DNA of 47,732 bases, taken from contig JAQGMV010000443.1 in assembly GCA_028292225.1 (NCBI GenBank), positions 1-47,732 of the forward strand, written 5' to 3'. This document shows positions 27,916 through 37,413 of this stretch, piece by piece; position 1 is the first letter of the stretch; each line of letters begins with the position of its first letter. Under the pieces are notes generated by a model. It saw only the letters and a program-made list of their open reading frames with translations, was not told the origin of the DNA and did not search any database. The stretch comes from Betaproteobacteria bacterium (GTDB lineage Bacteria; Pseudomonadota; Gammaproteobacteria; Burkholderiales; SG8-41). A program made the translations under genes and the position numbers.

Positions 27916-28925
27916 CAGCGCAGATTTAACGCCTGCTCTACCGTTCTGCCCATGGCGAAATAGCCGTTGGGACCCAAGTGCGTGTTGTTCGGATCGTACA
28001 GATCTATGGCAGAGGCTGACAGCGCCCTGAACACGGTCACCATGTCCGGAGCGTGCGCGCCTGCTGCGATGAGCCGGCTGGTGATATTCGGAGCGTTCGG
28101 CGTGCGCCGATCGCGCTCCTGCGCTATGCAGTGCTCGTAGATCGTCAGCTTGTCAGGCACCACGACGAAGACGAAGCGTTTTCCGGCCGAAAGAACTTCC
28201 TGCTGCAATCTGAGCACATTGGCGATCGTCGCCTGCACATCCGCTTCTTTCCAGCTGTTCTTTCCTTCGTCCTCCGCGTAGTACAGCATGCGGTCCTCAC
28301 GGCGGTGCGAGAACGCGCCACAGCCATGTCTGATCGCGACATTGACCACCAGGTTTCCGCGCACGGGCCGTTGCCCCCCCGCGTTCATAGTGAGGGTGTT
28401 GATCGCGGTGCGCACAAGGTAATAAGCATCAAGGCCCGGGGGCCATCGCAACGCTGTGCTGCGCGTGAGTGGGCCGGCAGGCTTGACCTCGCTCGCCTCG
28501 GGCACGTGTGGTGCACACCCCGGTGGGCCGGAAAAAGTCCGTATGAAGTTTCGCTCCACAACTTCGATGATCACGGCATCGGCCGTGGATTCCGTGGCCC
28601 AACGCACCCAGTTCTCTATGCACCCTGCGCTGCGATAGCTGAAAGACAGCACGTTCATGCCTGCTTCGGCGGCGAGTACCGACTGCCACGGACGCGAAAA
28701 AGAAAACGAGTCCCCGAGGACCAGCACCCCTGGGGCGGCGTGGGACGCCTCCTCGCGTGTCGGCGCAAGTCGCGTGCGAGGGGCGTTCCATCCGAAATCG
28801 CGCTCGGCCCACGCGCCTATGCTGGTCAGGTCGCCGTCGAGGGGCTGACAGTACACAGACAGACCTGTCAACACCGCGGCGGTCAGTGCCGCTGTCACGA
28901 AACAATGTATGAGGTAACGGGCCAT
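27915..28925 (-). CDS. AlgJ/AlgX/PatB-like SGNH O-acyltransferase partner
   Basis: N-terminal anchor; LGDSFS, VVPDK and LYDPNNTHL..G motifs; directly follows the MBOAT gene. Confidence 0.72.
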   Translation of the reverse strand: MARYLIHCFVTAALTAAVLTGLSVYCQPLDGDLTSIGAWAERDFGWNAPRTRLAPTREEASHAAPGVLVLGDSFSFSRPWQSVLAAEAGMNVLSFSYRSAGCIENWVRWATESTADAVIIEVVERNFIRTFSGPPGCAPHVPEASEVKPAGPLTRSTALRWPPGLDAYYLVRTAINTLTMNAGGQRPVRGNLVVNVAIRHGCGAFSHRREDRMLYYAEDEGKNSWKEADVQATIANVLRLQQEVLSAGKRFVFVVVPDKLTIYEHCIAQERDRRTPNAPNITSRLIAAGAHAPDMVTVFRALSASAIDLYDPNNTHLGPNGYFAMGRTVEQALNLR

Positions 28926-28927
28926 GG

Positions 28928-30508
28928 CTAGAACTGGTAGTACAGAAACTCGCTCACCTTGGTGAGGCTAAAAACCGCAACAGCAAAAAGACCGCCTGTT
29001 GCGATCGCAAAGGCGAGGGTCGGTCGCCAAGCAAGGAGCGCCGCCAACCCGCGGCCGCGCACCGCAGCGCGCGGCGACGTCACGGCTTCGATCGTCGGTC
29101 TGTACCGGGCCATCATTTCGCGAACGTTAGGCATGAACCACACGATCGCGAGGCCGATCGCGATGATGGTCAATGCATTTCGTGCGCCCCGCTCCAGCAC
29201 CGGCGCGAGTGAGCCATACGTAATGTCGAGGTGCGACACCCGCGCCAGAGGCCCGAGCAAGCCTTCGAGCGACGGGGGCAGCACTATCCCATTTAGCCCG
29301 GCCATACTCGAAAGGATCGCCAGCGCCGAGGAAACGCTGTCAGCCCGAAAAAAGACCCAGGCCACCGTGACCGCGAGAAAGGTCAGCATGACCGAACCCA
29401 GAGTGCTCAGGCGCCCAGCGCCCGCCCAGCCCAGCCGGTCCTTCAGTGTCCTCCATCCCTGATTGACGATGAGATAAAAGCCTTGCAGTCCGCCCCATAT
29501 GATGAACGTCAACCCTGCACCGTGCCACAGACCGCCCAGCAGCATGGTCACCATGAGGTTGACGTGGCGCCGACCGGGACCTTTGCGATTGCCGCCAAGC
29601 GGGATGTAGAGGTAATCGCGCAGGAACGCCGACAGCGTCATATGCCAGCGGCGCCAGAAACCGATAATGCTCGAGGCCTTGTAGGGCGAATAGAAATTGG
29701 TCGGCAGGCGCACGTTAAACATAAGCGACAAACCTATCGCCATGTCCGAATACCCCGAGAAATCGAAATACAACTGCAACCCATATGCGAGGGCGCCGAT
29801 CCACGCTTCGACGAATGTCAGCAACGTGCCGTCGCGCGCGGCACTGAAGACCGGCGTTGCGTACTGCGCCAAATTGTCCGCAAGCAGCACTTTCTTTGCG
29901 AGACCCAGCGTGAAGATGGTGACCCCGACGGCCACGTGCTCGGGATCAATGCGGTACGTCGCGTCACTCTGGAACTGCGGCATCACCTGCTTGTGATGGA
30001 TCAGGGGACCGGCTATCAGGTGCGGGAAGTAGGTTACGAACAACAAGTAGTGGCTGAAGTTGTACTCGCGGGCGATGCCACGAGAGACGTCGACCAGAAA
30101 GGCGATCTGCGTAAAAGTGAAAAACGAAATCCCCAAAGGCAGGACAACCTTCAGATGCAGCACATCCGTCCCGAGCAACTGGCTAGTGGTGTCGATGAAA
30201 AAATTCGCGTACTTGAAGTAGGCGAGCAGCGCCAGGTTTGCGGCAATGGCCGCGACGAGGCCTTTTTTCGCCTGCTGCTGCAGGCCACCCGACCGCTTCA
30301 GGGCGATGTAATAGCCCGAGGCGTAGTTGAACGTGACCGAGAGCAGCAGCAAAGGCACAAAGCGGGCATCCCAGATGCCGTAGAAGACGAGGGACGCAAT
30401 CGAGAGCCACCAGCACGCGAGCGTCGGGCTCCGTCGGCCGAGCCAGAACGTGCCAGCGAATACCACCGGCAGGTACACGAAGATGAAAGAGTAGGAATTA
30501 AACAACAT
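28928..30508 (-). CDS. MBOAT family O-acyltransferase (AlgI/PatA-like)
   Basis: MLFNS, LPLGISFFTF, FPHLIAGP, DFSGYSDMAIG, FWRRWHMTLS and GLWHGA motifs; C-terminal EFLYYQF. Confidence 0.94.
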   Translation of the reverse strand: MLFNSYSFIFVYLPVVFAGTFWLGRRSPTLACWWLSIASLVFYGIWDARFVPLLLLSVTFNYASGYYIALKRSGGLQQQAKKGLVAAIAANLALLAYFKYANFFIDTTSQLLGTDVLHLKVVLPLGISFFTFTQIAFLVDVSRGIAREYNFSHYLLFVTYFPHLIAGPLIHHKQVMPQFQSDATYRIDPEHVAVGVTIFTLGLAKKVLLADNLAQYATPVFSAARDGTLLTFVEAWIGALAYGLQLYFDFSGYSDMAIGLSLMFNVRLPTNFYSPYKASSIIGFWRRWHMTLSAFLRDYLYIPLGGNRKGPGRRHVNLMVTMLLGGLWHGAGLTFIIWGGLQGFYLIVNQGWRTLKDRLGWAGAGRLSTLGSVMLTFLAVTVAWVFFRADSVSSALAILSSMAGLNGIVLPPSLEGLLGPLARVSHLDITYGSLAPVLERGARNALTIIAIGLAIVWFMPNVREMMARYRPTIEAVTSPRAAVRGRGLAALLAWRPTLAFAIATGGLFAVAVFSLTKVSEFLYYQF

Positions 30509-30622
30509 CGCTGATTCGTGCCGTTATCGCGGGCGACGAAGCGCAACAGCCGCCGCATTTTTTCGGCGCTGGTACCCCCCCCCTCAGCTCATGCTGCACG
30601 AGTACCGCAGCCGAGGCCCACC

Positions 30623-31390
30623 TCATAGTGACCAGCCGTCGTCGACCACGATGTTCTGGCCGTCGACAAACTTTGACATATCACTTAACAGGAAGAGCAG
30701 CGTACCGCACAGATCGTCGGGGTCGAGCATTCCTTTAGACGCCGCAAACGCGTTGTAGCGCTCGAGAAATGGCTCTGGTTGCCCGTCGAGAATACCGCCC
30801 GGGCTCACGCAGTTCACCCGCACCTGCCTGCCTTTGAAATACTGCGCGAAGTAGCGCGTGAGCTGAATGACGCCGGCCTTGATCGCCGCATACTCGACCG
30901 GCATCGTCATCGGCGTATCCGCATAGATCTCGAATCGCGGTGGCATCGTCCCGTAAATCGAAGCGACGTTGACGATGTTGCCGCCGCCGTGTGCGCAGAA
31001 GTACGCAGCGAACTGCTGCGCGACGAGGAAATATCCGCCGAGGTGCACCGAGAGGTTCTCGCAGAAATCGGCGTACTCCACCGCTTCGAGCTTGCGACCG
31101 TAGTTGCGGTTGCGCGGATAGGCGCTGTTGACGACAGCGTCGATGCGCCCGTGGCGAGCCGCGAGCTGTGATATCGCGCCCGCGACCGATTCGCTGTCGG
31201 TGATGTCGATCGCGATCGAATCAACCCTGCCGCCCCCGGCACCCGCAATCTCGGCAGCCGCGCGGGCGGCGGCGCCGCCGTCGATGTCGGCGACGACCGC
31301 GATGCCGGCGTTCTGCGCGACCGCATTGCAGAAGCGGCGGCCCAGCAGCCCCGCGCCGCCGGTGACGACAATCACCTTATCGTCGAGCAT
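30623..31390 (-). CDS. SDR oxidoreductase, PtmA (flagellin modification protein A)/ElaC-like
   Basis: VTGGAGLLG, NSAYPRNRNYG, TMPVEYAAIK, VSPGGI and GQNIVVDDG motifs. Confidence 0.88.
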   Translation of the reverse strand: MLDDKVIVVTGGAGLLGRRFCNAVAQNAGIAVVADIDGGAAARAAAEIAGAGGGRVDSIAIDITDSESVAGAISQLAARHGRIDAVVNSAYPRNRNYGRKLEAVEYADFCENLSVHLGGYFLVAQQFAAYFCAHGGGNIVNVASIYGTMPPRFEIYADTPMTMPVEYAAIKAGVIQLTRYFAQYFKGRQVRVNCVSPGGILDGQPEPFLERYNAFAASKGMLDPDDLCGTLLFLLSDMSKFVDGQNIVVDDGWSL

Positions 31391-31393
31391 CGG

Positions 31394-32587
31394 TCAATCG
31401 ACCACGTACTTCATCACCCACTGGCCATGCTCTTTCGTCCAGACGTGTGACTTGTTTCTATAGAAATCCATCACGTCCCAGAACTCCTGCTCGGTGATAT
31501 CGAGGTACTCGAGCATCCACGTAAAATATTTCTTCGGAAACTCGTGGTCGTAACGGTGGACGAGCGCCACACCTTCCTGGCGCGTGATGTGGTGCCTGCG
31601 GATGTCCTGCTGCGCGTCGCGGGAGCATCGGCCGAGCCCGAACTTCATGTACGCGAGATAGAAGTGCAGGCCGTCCATCTTGTCGTCTAGGCTTGCGTAC
31701 TTGGTGTAGGTCGATTCCGTGCGGCCTTCGTCGTTCAGGGTCATGCCAGTGTGTTTCACCGCGTAGTAAAAATTCTCCTGCGGCGTCCACTTCTCGTAAT
31801 ACGAGAACCAGTGCATCTCGAGGCCCATCTTCTGGATCACGTCGGAGGAAGGGGGCATGTACCACTGCATGCTCGGGTTCTCGGCGTCGTCCTGAGTCAG
31901 CAGGCCGCGGTCGATTCCCGCGCGTACGAGCTCCTTGAGGCCGGCGCCCTTGAAGTATTCGTGGTTCCAGTCTTCCACGGTCTCCTTCGGAGCGTTCTTG
32001 TATTTGGTGCTCCCGCCGTACTCCAGCTCACCGTTCTCGCCGTAAAAGATGAGGCTGACGCCGAACTTCTGCGCGATGTGATACGCCCACGCCTTCTGGC
32101 CGTAGGTGAACGGTTCCCAGGCGTCGCCCTTGACCTCGAAGGCGATGCGCGAGAGCTTGCGGTGCAGCGCGCCGTCGGGCTGACCAAGGATGTTGAAGAA
32201 TCCCGCATTGGTGAACGCCTGGAGGTTCTTCCAGCCGATGGGCGTCCAGTCGAACGGCGCCCACGTCACGCACAAGGGGTGCATGCCGAAGCGGTGCTTG
32301 AGCTGGTGGGCGACGAACGCGCTGTCCTTGCCGCCGCTGCCCGGAACGATAACGTCGTACGACCCGTCGGTGCGCCTGAACTTGTCGCAGAGCTCGACGA
32401 GCTCGCGGTTGCGCTCCGACCAGTCGACGCCGTGATCTTTTTCGTAGGCCCACAGGCACGCAGAACAGATGCCGTTCTCGTCGAGCACGGTGCGCGGCCG
32501 CTGGTTGGACACCACGCAGTTCTTGCAGAACTCGACTTCCTTCGGCAATGCTTCGAACTGCCTGTCGAGGGTGAAGATTTCAGCCAT
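31394..32587 (-). CDS. N-acetyl sugar amidotransferase (WbuX/WbpG/PseA family)
   Basis: CKNCVVSNQRP, CSAC, PP-loop PGSGGKDS, YGENG..EYGG and KFGLGR motifs. Confidence 0.92.
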   Translation of the reverse strand: MAEIFTLDRQFEALPKEVEFCKNCVVSNQRPRTVLDENGICSACLWAYEKDHGVDWSERNRELVELCDKFRRTDGSYDVIVPGSGGKDSAFVAHQLKHRFGMHPLCVTWAPFDWTPIGWKNLQAFTNAGFFNILGQPDGALHRKLSRIAFEVKGDAWEPFTYGQKAWAYHIAQKFGVSLIFYGENGELEYGGSTKYKNAPKETVEDWNHEYFKGAGLKELVRAGIDRGLLTQDDAENPSMQWYMPPSSDVIQKMGLEMHWFSYYEKWTPQENFYYAVKHTGMTLNDEGRTESTYTKYASLDDKMDGLHFYLAYMKFGLGRCSRDAQQDIRRHHITRQEGVALVHRYDHEFPKKYFTWMLEYLDITEQEFWDVMDFYRNKSHVWTKEHGQWVMKYVVD

Positions 32588-32591
32588 GCGC

Positions 32592-33236
32592 CTACAGCTC
32601 CAGAAAGTTTTTCAACAGGTGCAGGCCGTGCGCGCCGCTGCGCTCCGGATGGAACTGGGCCCCGTGGACGTTGCCCTGCCCCACGACCGAGCTGTAGCGC
32701 TGGCCGCCGTATTCGGTATAGGCGACCGTGGCCGCTGGCGAAACTGTCTTCACGTAATACGAATGAACGAAATACATGTTCGCGCCGACCGGCACGTCGC
32801 GAAGCACCGACTCCGCCCACGGGCGCTCCGCGCGCTCGTTCTCGACCAGCGCGTTCCACGAAATCTGCGGAACCTTGCAGACCCGCTCCCCGGCCTGCTC
32901 CGACTCGAAGCGCACGACGCGCCCGGCGATGAAATCGAAGCCGCCGTGCACGCCGTCTTCTTCCGATTCGGTCATGAGGAACTGCATTCCCAGGCAGATT
33001 CCGAGTAGCGGCCTGCCGGAGGCGGCGAACTCGCGAATCGCGGGCTCAAAGGACTTTTCGCGCAGGACCTTCATGCCCGGACCGAAAGCGCCCACGCCGG
33101 GAAGGACGAGCCGCTCCGCGCGCTGCGCCTCCGCCGGGTCGCTCGTCACCACGGCGTCAGCGCCCACGACGCGCAGCGCAGTTTCCAGGTTGAACAGATT
33201 GCCCAGGCCGTAATCGATGATCGTGACGCGCTTCAT
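32592..33236 (-). CDS. hisH: HisH-like glutamine amidotransferase (WbuY-type paralogue)
   Basis: IIDYGLGN, LPGVGAF, GICLGMQ, YFVHSY and QFHPE motifs; ATG 33236 overlaps the upstream stop. Confidence 0.9.
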   Translation of the reverse strand: MKRVTIIDYGLGNLFNLETALRVVGADAVVTSDPAEAQRAERLVLPGVGAFGPGMKVLREKSFEPAIREFAASGRPLLGICLGMQFLMTESEEDGVHGGFDFIAGRVVRFESEQAGERVCKVPQISWNALVENERAERPWAESVLRDVPVGANMYFVHSYYVKTVSPAATVAYTEYGGQRYSSVVGQGNVHGAQFHPERSGAHGLHLLKNFLEL

Positions 33237-34135
33237 CAGTGCACATCCCTCACGCGAACCCCGGCTGTGCTCATCTTGTTCTTTGCGTTCCCGATCGAGG
33301 ACGGCTCCACCATGATCGCTCTTTCCCCGCCGTAGCCGTGGTTCAGAAAATCTATGTTGCCGGCGTCGATCTGCTCGCCCATGCGGAGCCGGCCGCCCAC
33401 TTCCTGCATGGTTTTGCGCAGCGGCTTCGGTCGCGCATAGCAATAATGGAACAACGAGGCCGCACTGACAGCATCGGCACCGGCCGCGACCGCTTTCGCA
33501 AGGTCGTCGACGCATCCCGCGCCGCCGCACGCGATGAGCGGCACGGTCACCCGCGATGCGACGGCAGCGATCAGATCGAGGTCGTAGCCCGAGCCCATCC
33601 CTTCGTAGTTGATCGAGGTGAGCAGTATCTCCCCAACGCCGAGATCGACGACGCGCTGCGCCCACTCGATCGCGTCGACGGCAGTCGGCTCGCGGCCGTA
33701 ATCGACCCAGCAGCGGTACTTCCCATCAGAGCCGCGAAACGCCTCGATCGCGCTAACGATGCACTGCGAGCCGAACTCCCGCGCGCCGAGGCTCAGCAGC
33801 TCGGGTGATTCAATCGCCGCAGTGTTGATCGCAACCTTGTCGGCGCCCGAACGCAGGAGCGTCCGGATGTCCTCCACGCTGCGGATGCCGCCCGCGACGG
33901 TGATCGGTATGAACACTTTCTCCGCGACGCGTTTCACGACGTCCACCAGGCCGTTGCGCCGGTAGAGGCTCGCGACGGCATCCTGGTAGATCAGCTCGTC
34001 GGCGCCTTCGGCGTAGTAGATCTCCGCGAATTCCTCCGCGAGGCCGAGCACCCGGTGCCCGTCGAACTGGATTCCCTTGATGAGATTGGGCCCCTTGATG
34101 TCCAGGCGGGGTATGACTCTTACGAGGTTGATCAT
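33236..34135 (-). CDS. hisF: HisF-like protein (WbuZ-type paralogue)
   Basis: IPRLDIKG, GADEL, PITVAGGIR, GADKVAINTAA, FGSQC, GEILLTS and GYDL motifs; start at ATG 34135 with AGAAAGG upstream. Confidence 0.88.
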   Translation of the reverse strand: MINLVRVIPRLDIKGPNLIKGIQFDGHRVLGLAEEFAEIYYAEGADELIYQDAVASLYRRNGLVDVVKRVAEKVFIPITVAGGIRSVEDIRTLLRSGADKVAINTAAIESPELLSLGAREFGSQCIVSAIEAFRGSDGKYRCWVDYGREPTAVDAIEWAQRVVDLGVGEILLTSINYEGMGSGYDLDLIAAVASRVTVPLIACGGAGCVDDLAKAVAAGADAVSAASLFHYCYARPKPLRKTMQEVGGRLRMGEQIDAGNIDFLNHGYGGERAIMVEPSSIGNAKNKMSTAGVRVRDVH

Positions 34136-34155
34136 GATGCCTTTCTCTTCTGACC

Positions 34156-34743
34156 TCAGGCTGCGCCGACGCGCTGCTCGCCGGCTTTTTCGCCCGCATC
34201 GGCGCCGAGGCGGCGCACAATGCGTGCAGGGCTTCCGGCTGCGACCACGCATGCCGGCACGCTGCGGGTGACCACGCTGCCCGCCCCCACGACCGAGTTC
34301 TCGCCGATAGTCACGCCGGCGAGGATGACGGCATTGGCGCCGATCCACGCGCCTTTGCGCACGAGCACGGGCGCCGAAGGTGAGTCGCCCTGGTCGATGA
34401 TAGGCACGCGCGGGTCTTCGAAACGATGGTCGTTGACGTACATGTGCACACCCGCACCGAGCAGCACGTCATCTTCGATCGTGATCCCCTCGAAAGTGTC
34501 GGCAAAAAGCATGGTCCCGGGGCGAATGACCACACGGCGGCCCAGGCTGATCTTCGAGCAGTAGACCGCATACGCGCCGGGCCTGAACTCTGCGCCTTCA
34601 CCGAAGTGGCAGAATTTACGTTCACACAGCGCCTGCATCGTCGAGCGAAAGTGCAGGCGCCAGTGAGTGTAGGGAATGTCGGGGCCGATGCGATCGGCCG
34701 CGCGCCAGAAACGGATGCGCTCTGCAAGCTCGGCGATCTTCAA
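34156..34743 (-). CDS. Hexapeptide-repeat (left-handed beta-helix) acyltransferase
   Basis: ITIEDDVLLG and WIGANAVILAGVTIGENSVVGAGSVVT..GSPAR; TTG start overlaps the upstream stop. Confidence 0.88.
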   Translation of the reverse strand: MKIAELAERIRFWRAADRIGPDIPYTHWRLHFRSTMQALCERKFCHFGEGAEFRPGAYAVYCSKISLGRRVVIRPGTMLFADTFEGITIEDDVLLGAGVHMYVNDHRFEDPRVPIIDQGDSPSAPVLVRKGAWIGANAVILAGVTIGENSVVGAGSVVTRSVPACVVAAGSPARIVRRLGADAGEKAGEQRVGAA

Positions 34744-35456
34744 CGGCGTTCTTCCGCTGCTGCGGCGTCGCGCGCCATGAGGAACTCCACGAAGCTAAAG
34801 TCGAGCTCCGAATCGATGTCGATCGAACGTTCCTCGGGCATCACGTAGAGCCGTGTACCGACATCGAAGAGGGCGTCGCGCGCGAGCAGCACCTCGCGTC
34901 GCCAAACGTAGATGGAAGCATTCATGTCGTAGCATTTGGGCGCATCCTGGCGGCGGGTGATCGCGGCAGCCAGCGGTTTGGACAGGCCGACGGTCCCGTC
35001 TTCGGCCACTTCGACGAGGTTGAAGTAAGGTGAGCGCCGAGCGGGCATCGCGGTAATGACATTCCCCGCATCGCCGTCCTCGAGCAGAGCGACCGCCGCC
35101 GCGATGTCGGAAGACGTGCGCAGCGGCGAAGTCGCGTCGAGGTCGACGATCGTTCCGAACTGAGCTCCGCGCCGCCGCTCGACGTCGAGCACGCAGTGGC
35201 GAATCGCCGGCAGCTTGGCCGCCACATCGCTCGCAAGCTCGGGCGGGCGCTCGACCATCTCGTCTGCGCCCCATTCTCGCGCCGCCTCCAGTATTTCTTC
35301 GGAGTCGCTGCTCACCGCGATCAGGTCAAACAGCCCAGAGCCGCGCGCCTGCGCGATGCTGTGCGCAATCAGCGGCCTGCCGGCGAGCATTCGGATGTTC
35401 TTGCCCTTGACGCCTTTCGAGCCGCCTCGCGCGCATATCGTGCACAGCCGTTTCAT
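34740..35456 (-). CDS. neuA: Acylneuraminate cytidylyltransferase (CMP-legionaminate synthetase, LegF/PtmB/ElaB-like)
   Basis: CARGGSKGVKGKN, VSSDS, RPPELASD, LDATSPLR, MNASIY and SIDIDSELD motifs; ATG 35456. Confidence 0.92.
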   Translation of the reverse strand: MKRLCTICARGGSKGVKGKNIRMLAGRPLIAHSIAQARGSGLFDLIAVSSDSEEILEAAREWGADEMVERPPELASDVAAKLPAIRHCVLDVERRRGAQFGTIVDLDATSPLRTSSDIAAAVALLEDGDAGNVITAMPARRSPYFNLVEVAEDGTVGLSKPLAAAITRRQDAPKCYDMNASIYVWRREVLLARDALFDVGTRLYVMPEERSIDIDSELDFSFVEFLMARDAAAAEERR

Positions 35457-36364
35457 GCTTCCACCCACTCGCGTCGCTCGCTGGCGCGCTCCGCTGCGGC
35501 GATGAGGCCCAGCGTGCCGGCCGCGTGTCCGATGTCGCACAGCGCGGCGCTGTCGCCTTCGAGCGCGGCGCGGTGCATGGCGCAGTAGGTGTGATCGCGA
35601 TCGGCGCCGAGCGCCTCCCGGCGCCCGTCGACGATCACCGCGCCGCCGACAATATCGGCCTCGATCGTATGCCCGGCGGTGTTCACAATCGCGAAGCGTT
35701 TCGTTGTGCGATCCAGGTAGTTGATCTGGAGCTGCACGATCGGGCACGCGCGAGTCTCGAACATGAGGGCGTAGACGTCGTCGCTGTCGATTTCAAGCGG
35801 GCTCAGGTGCCCGCCCCGAGCCGTCACCCGGATCCAGGCGCCGAATAGCCACGTCAGGTAGTCGAGCTCATGGCTCAGGTCCCTCAGCACCCCGCCCCCA
35901 CGCGCCGCGCTCGCGGAGTATGAGGCGCGGTAATCGGCCGAGGGCCTCCAGGCCGGAAGGTACTGTCCGGCGTACGCCTGCACCGAAATTGCCGGCGCAT
36001 CTTTTACGAGCCCGGCAAGCCGCTGCACAACCGGATGAAAGCGCAGGTTGTATCCGACGAAGGCGGCTCGAAAGGTGTTCGCAGGCAGCTCCCGCGGGCC
36101 GTCGAAGAGCGGCTTTTCTACGAGCACGACGCCGCTATAACCCAGGCGCGCCAGCCGCGACAGCGCGTCGTAGTGCCGATCGGTTGAGTTCGCGATGACG
36201 ACGTAGTCAGGATGCGCTTCCGACAGCGCGTCTTCGAGCGTCCGATGAGCCCGCGCATGATCGACCGCGCGCGAGCTGACCACCGACGTGAGGCACCCGA
36301 GTTCACCCAGAAGCCGCGCATGGCGCGCGCCGATGGAACCGAAGCCCACGACGAGCGCTTTCAC
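35453..36364 (-). CDS. Gfo/Idh/MocA oxidoreductase, PtmF/ElaA-like
   Basis: VVGFGSIGARH, LVEKPLF, GYNLRFHP, GQYLPAWRP..DYR.SYSA and GGVLRDLSHELD motifs. Confidence 0.88.
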   Translation of the reverse strand: MKALVVGFGSIGARHARLLGELGCLTSVVSSRAVDHARAHRTLEDALSEAHPDYVVIANSTDRHYDALSRLARLGYSGVVLVEKPLFDGPRELPANTFRAAFVGYNLRFHPVVQRLAGLVKDAPAISVQAYAGQYLPAWRPSADYRASYSASAARGGGVLRDLSHELDYLTWLFGAWIRVTARGGHLSPLEIDSDDVYALMFETRACPIVQLQINYLDRTTKRFAIVNTAGHTIEADIVGGAVIVDGRREALGADRDHTYCAMHRAALEGDSAALCDIGHAAGTLGLIAAAERASERREWVEA

Positions 36365-37410
36365 GAGAAGACGGTCGCATACTCACCGTTCGCCCGGTCG
36401 TAATCCGCCAGGTGGCCGATGTCGACCCAGTATTCGCGCACCGGAAACACGGCGGTTTCGCGCTTGCGCTCGATGAGCTTGTGGAAAAGCATCGGCATGT
36501 CGAACCGGGTGTTTGCCGGGATCTCGGCTAGAGCGTCGGGCTCGAGGACGTAAATGCCGGCATTGACGAAGAAGCGGTGAACCGGTTTCTCGTCTATGCC
36601 CACGATCCGGTGTTGGTCGATTTTGACGACACCGTAAGGCACCTGGAAATCGTACTCCCGCACGCACATCGTCGCCTGAGCGGCATGGCTGAGGTGAAAA
36701 TCGAGGAGCTGACTGAAATTGACCTTGGTCAGCACATCAGCGTTCATGACGAGGATCGGCGCGGACGGACGCTCGGGCATGAGACTCAGCGCACCCGCGG
36801 TTCCCAGCCCCTGGTCCTCGTGCAGATACGTGATCTCGGCTCCCCAGCGCGAGCCGTCGCCGCAATGCGTCTTCACGACGTCGGCCATATAATTGACCGA
36901 GATATGAAAGCGCCGGAATCCGAATTCGAGAAAATTCTCGAGTATGGTTTCGAGCAGTGGCTTGTTCCCGATCTTGAGCATGGGCTTGGGGCAGTCGTTG
37001 GTCAGCGGCCGCAGGCGATTGCCCATGCCACCCGCCATGAGCACCACGTGATTTTCCCTCGCGCGCGACTGGATCATCGAGTCGAGAGTCTCGAGTGCGA
37101 CTACCCGCCTGTTCTCGTCGAGCAGCGGGATGTGCCGCAAGTGCTTGCGCTGCATCGCTGCGAGGATCACTTCGCGCCCCTCGTCGGTGCGGGCGATCGT
37201 GGGCTCGCGATTCATGATCGTCTGCACCGATTCTTCAAGGGGGATAGAACGCAGTATCGCGCGACGTACGTCGCCGTCCGTCACGGTGCCGAGCAGCCTG
37301 CCGCTTTCGTCAACCACGAGCACGATCTGCATCGCGCTCTGATCGAGTATGCGGATGGCCTCGCGGATCAAAGCGGTCGGCGGGACCAGGATTTCTTTCC
37401 AAGCAGTCAT
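36361..37410 (-). CDS. CBS-domain nucleotidyltransferase (PtmE/LgaF-like)
   Basis: N-terminal CBS pair (GTVTDGDVRR); MAGGMGNRLRPLT..PKPML, LGTAGAL and VPYGVV motifs. Confidence 0.92.
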   Translation of the reverse strand: MTAWKEILVPPTALIREAIRILDQSAMQIVLVVDESGRLLGTVTDGDVRRAILRSIPLEESVQTIMNREPTIARTDEGREVILAAMQRKHLRHIPLLDENRRVVALETLDSMIQSRARENHVVLMAGGMGNRLRPLTNDCPKPMLKIGNKPLLETILENFLEFGFRRFHISVNYMADVVKTHCGDGSRWGAEITYLHEDQGLGTAGALSLMPERPSAPILVMNADVLTKVNFSQLLDFHLSHAAQATMCVREYDFQVPYGVVKIDQHRIVGIDEKPVHRFFVNAGIYVLEPDALAEIPANTRFDMPMLFHKLIERKRETAVFPVREYWVDIGHLADYDRANGEYATVFS

Positions 37411-37413
37411 TTC

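Noticed and set aside
32592-34135. Histidine biosynthesis operon
   Set aside because: No other his genes are present; the pair is coupled to a sugar amidotransferase, and the HisF catalytic motif is altered.
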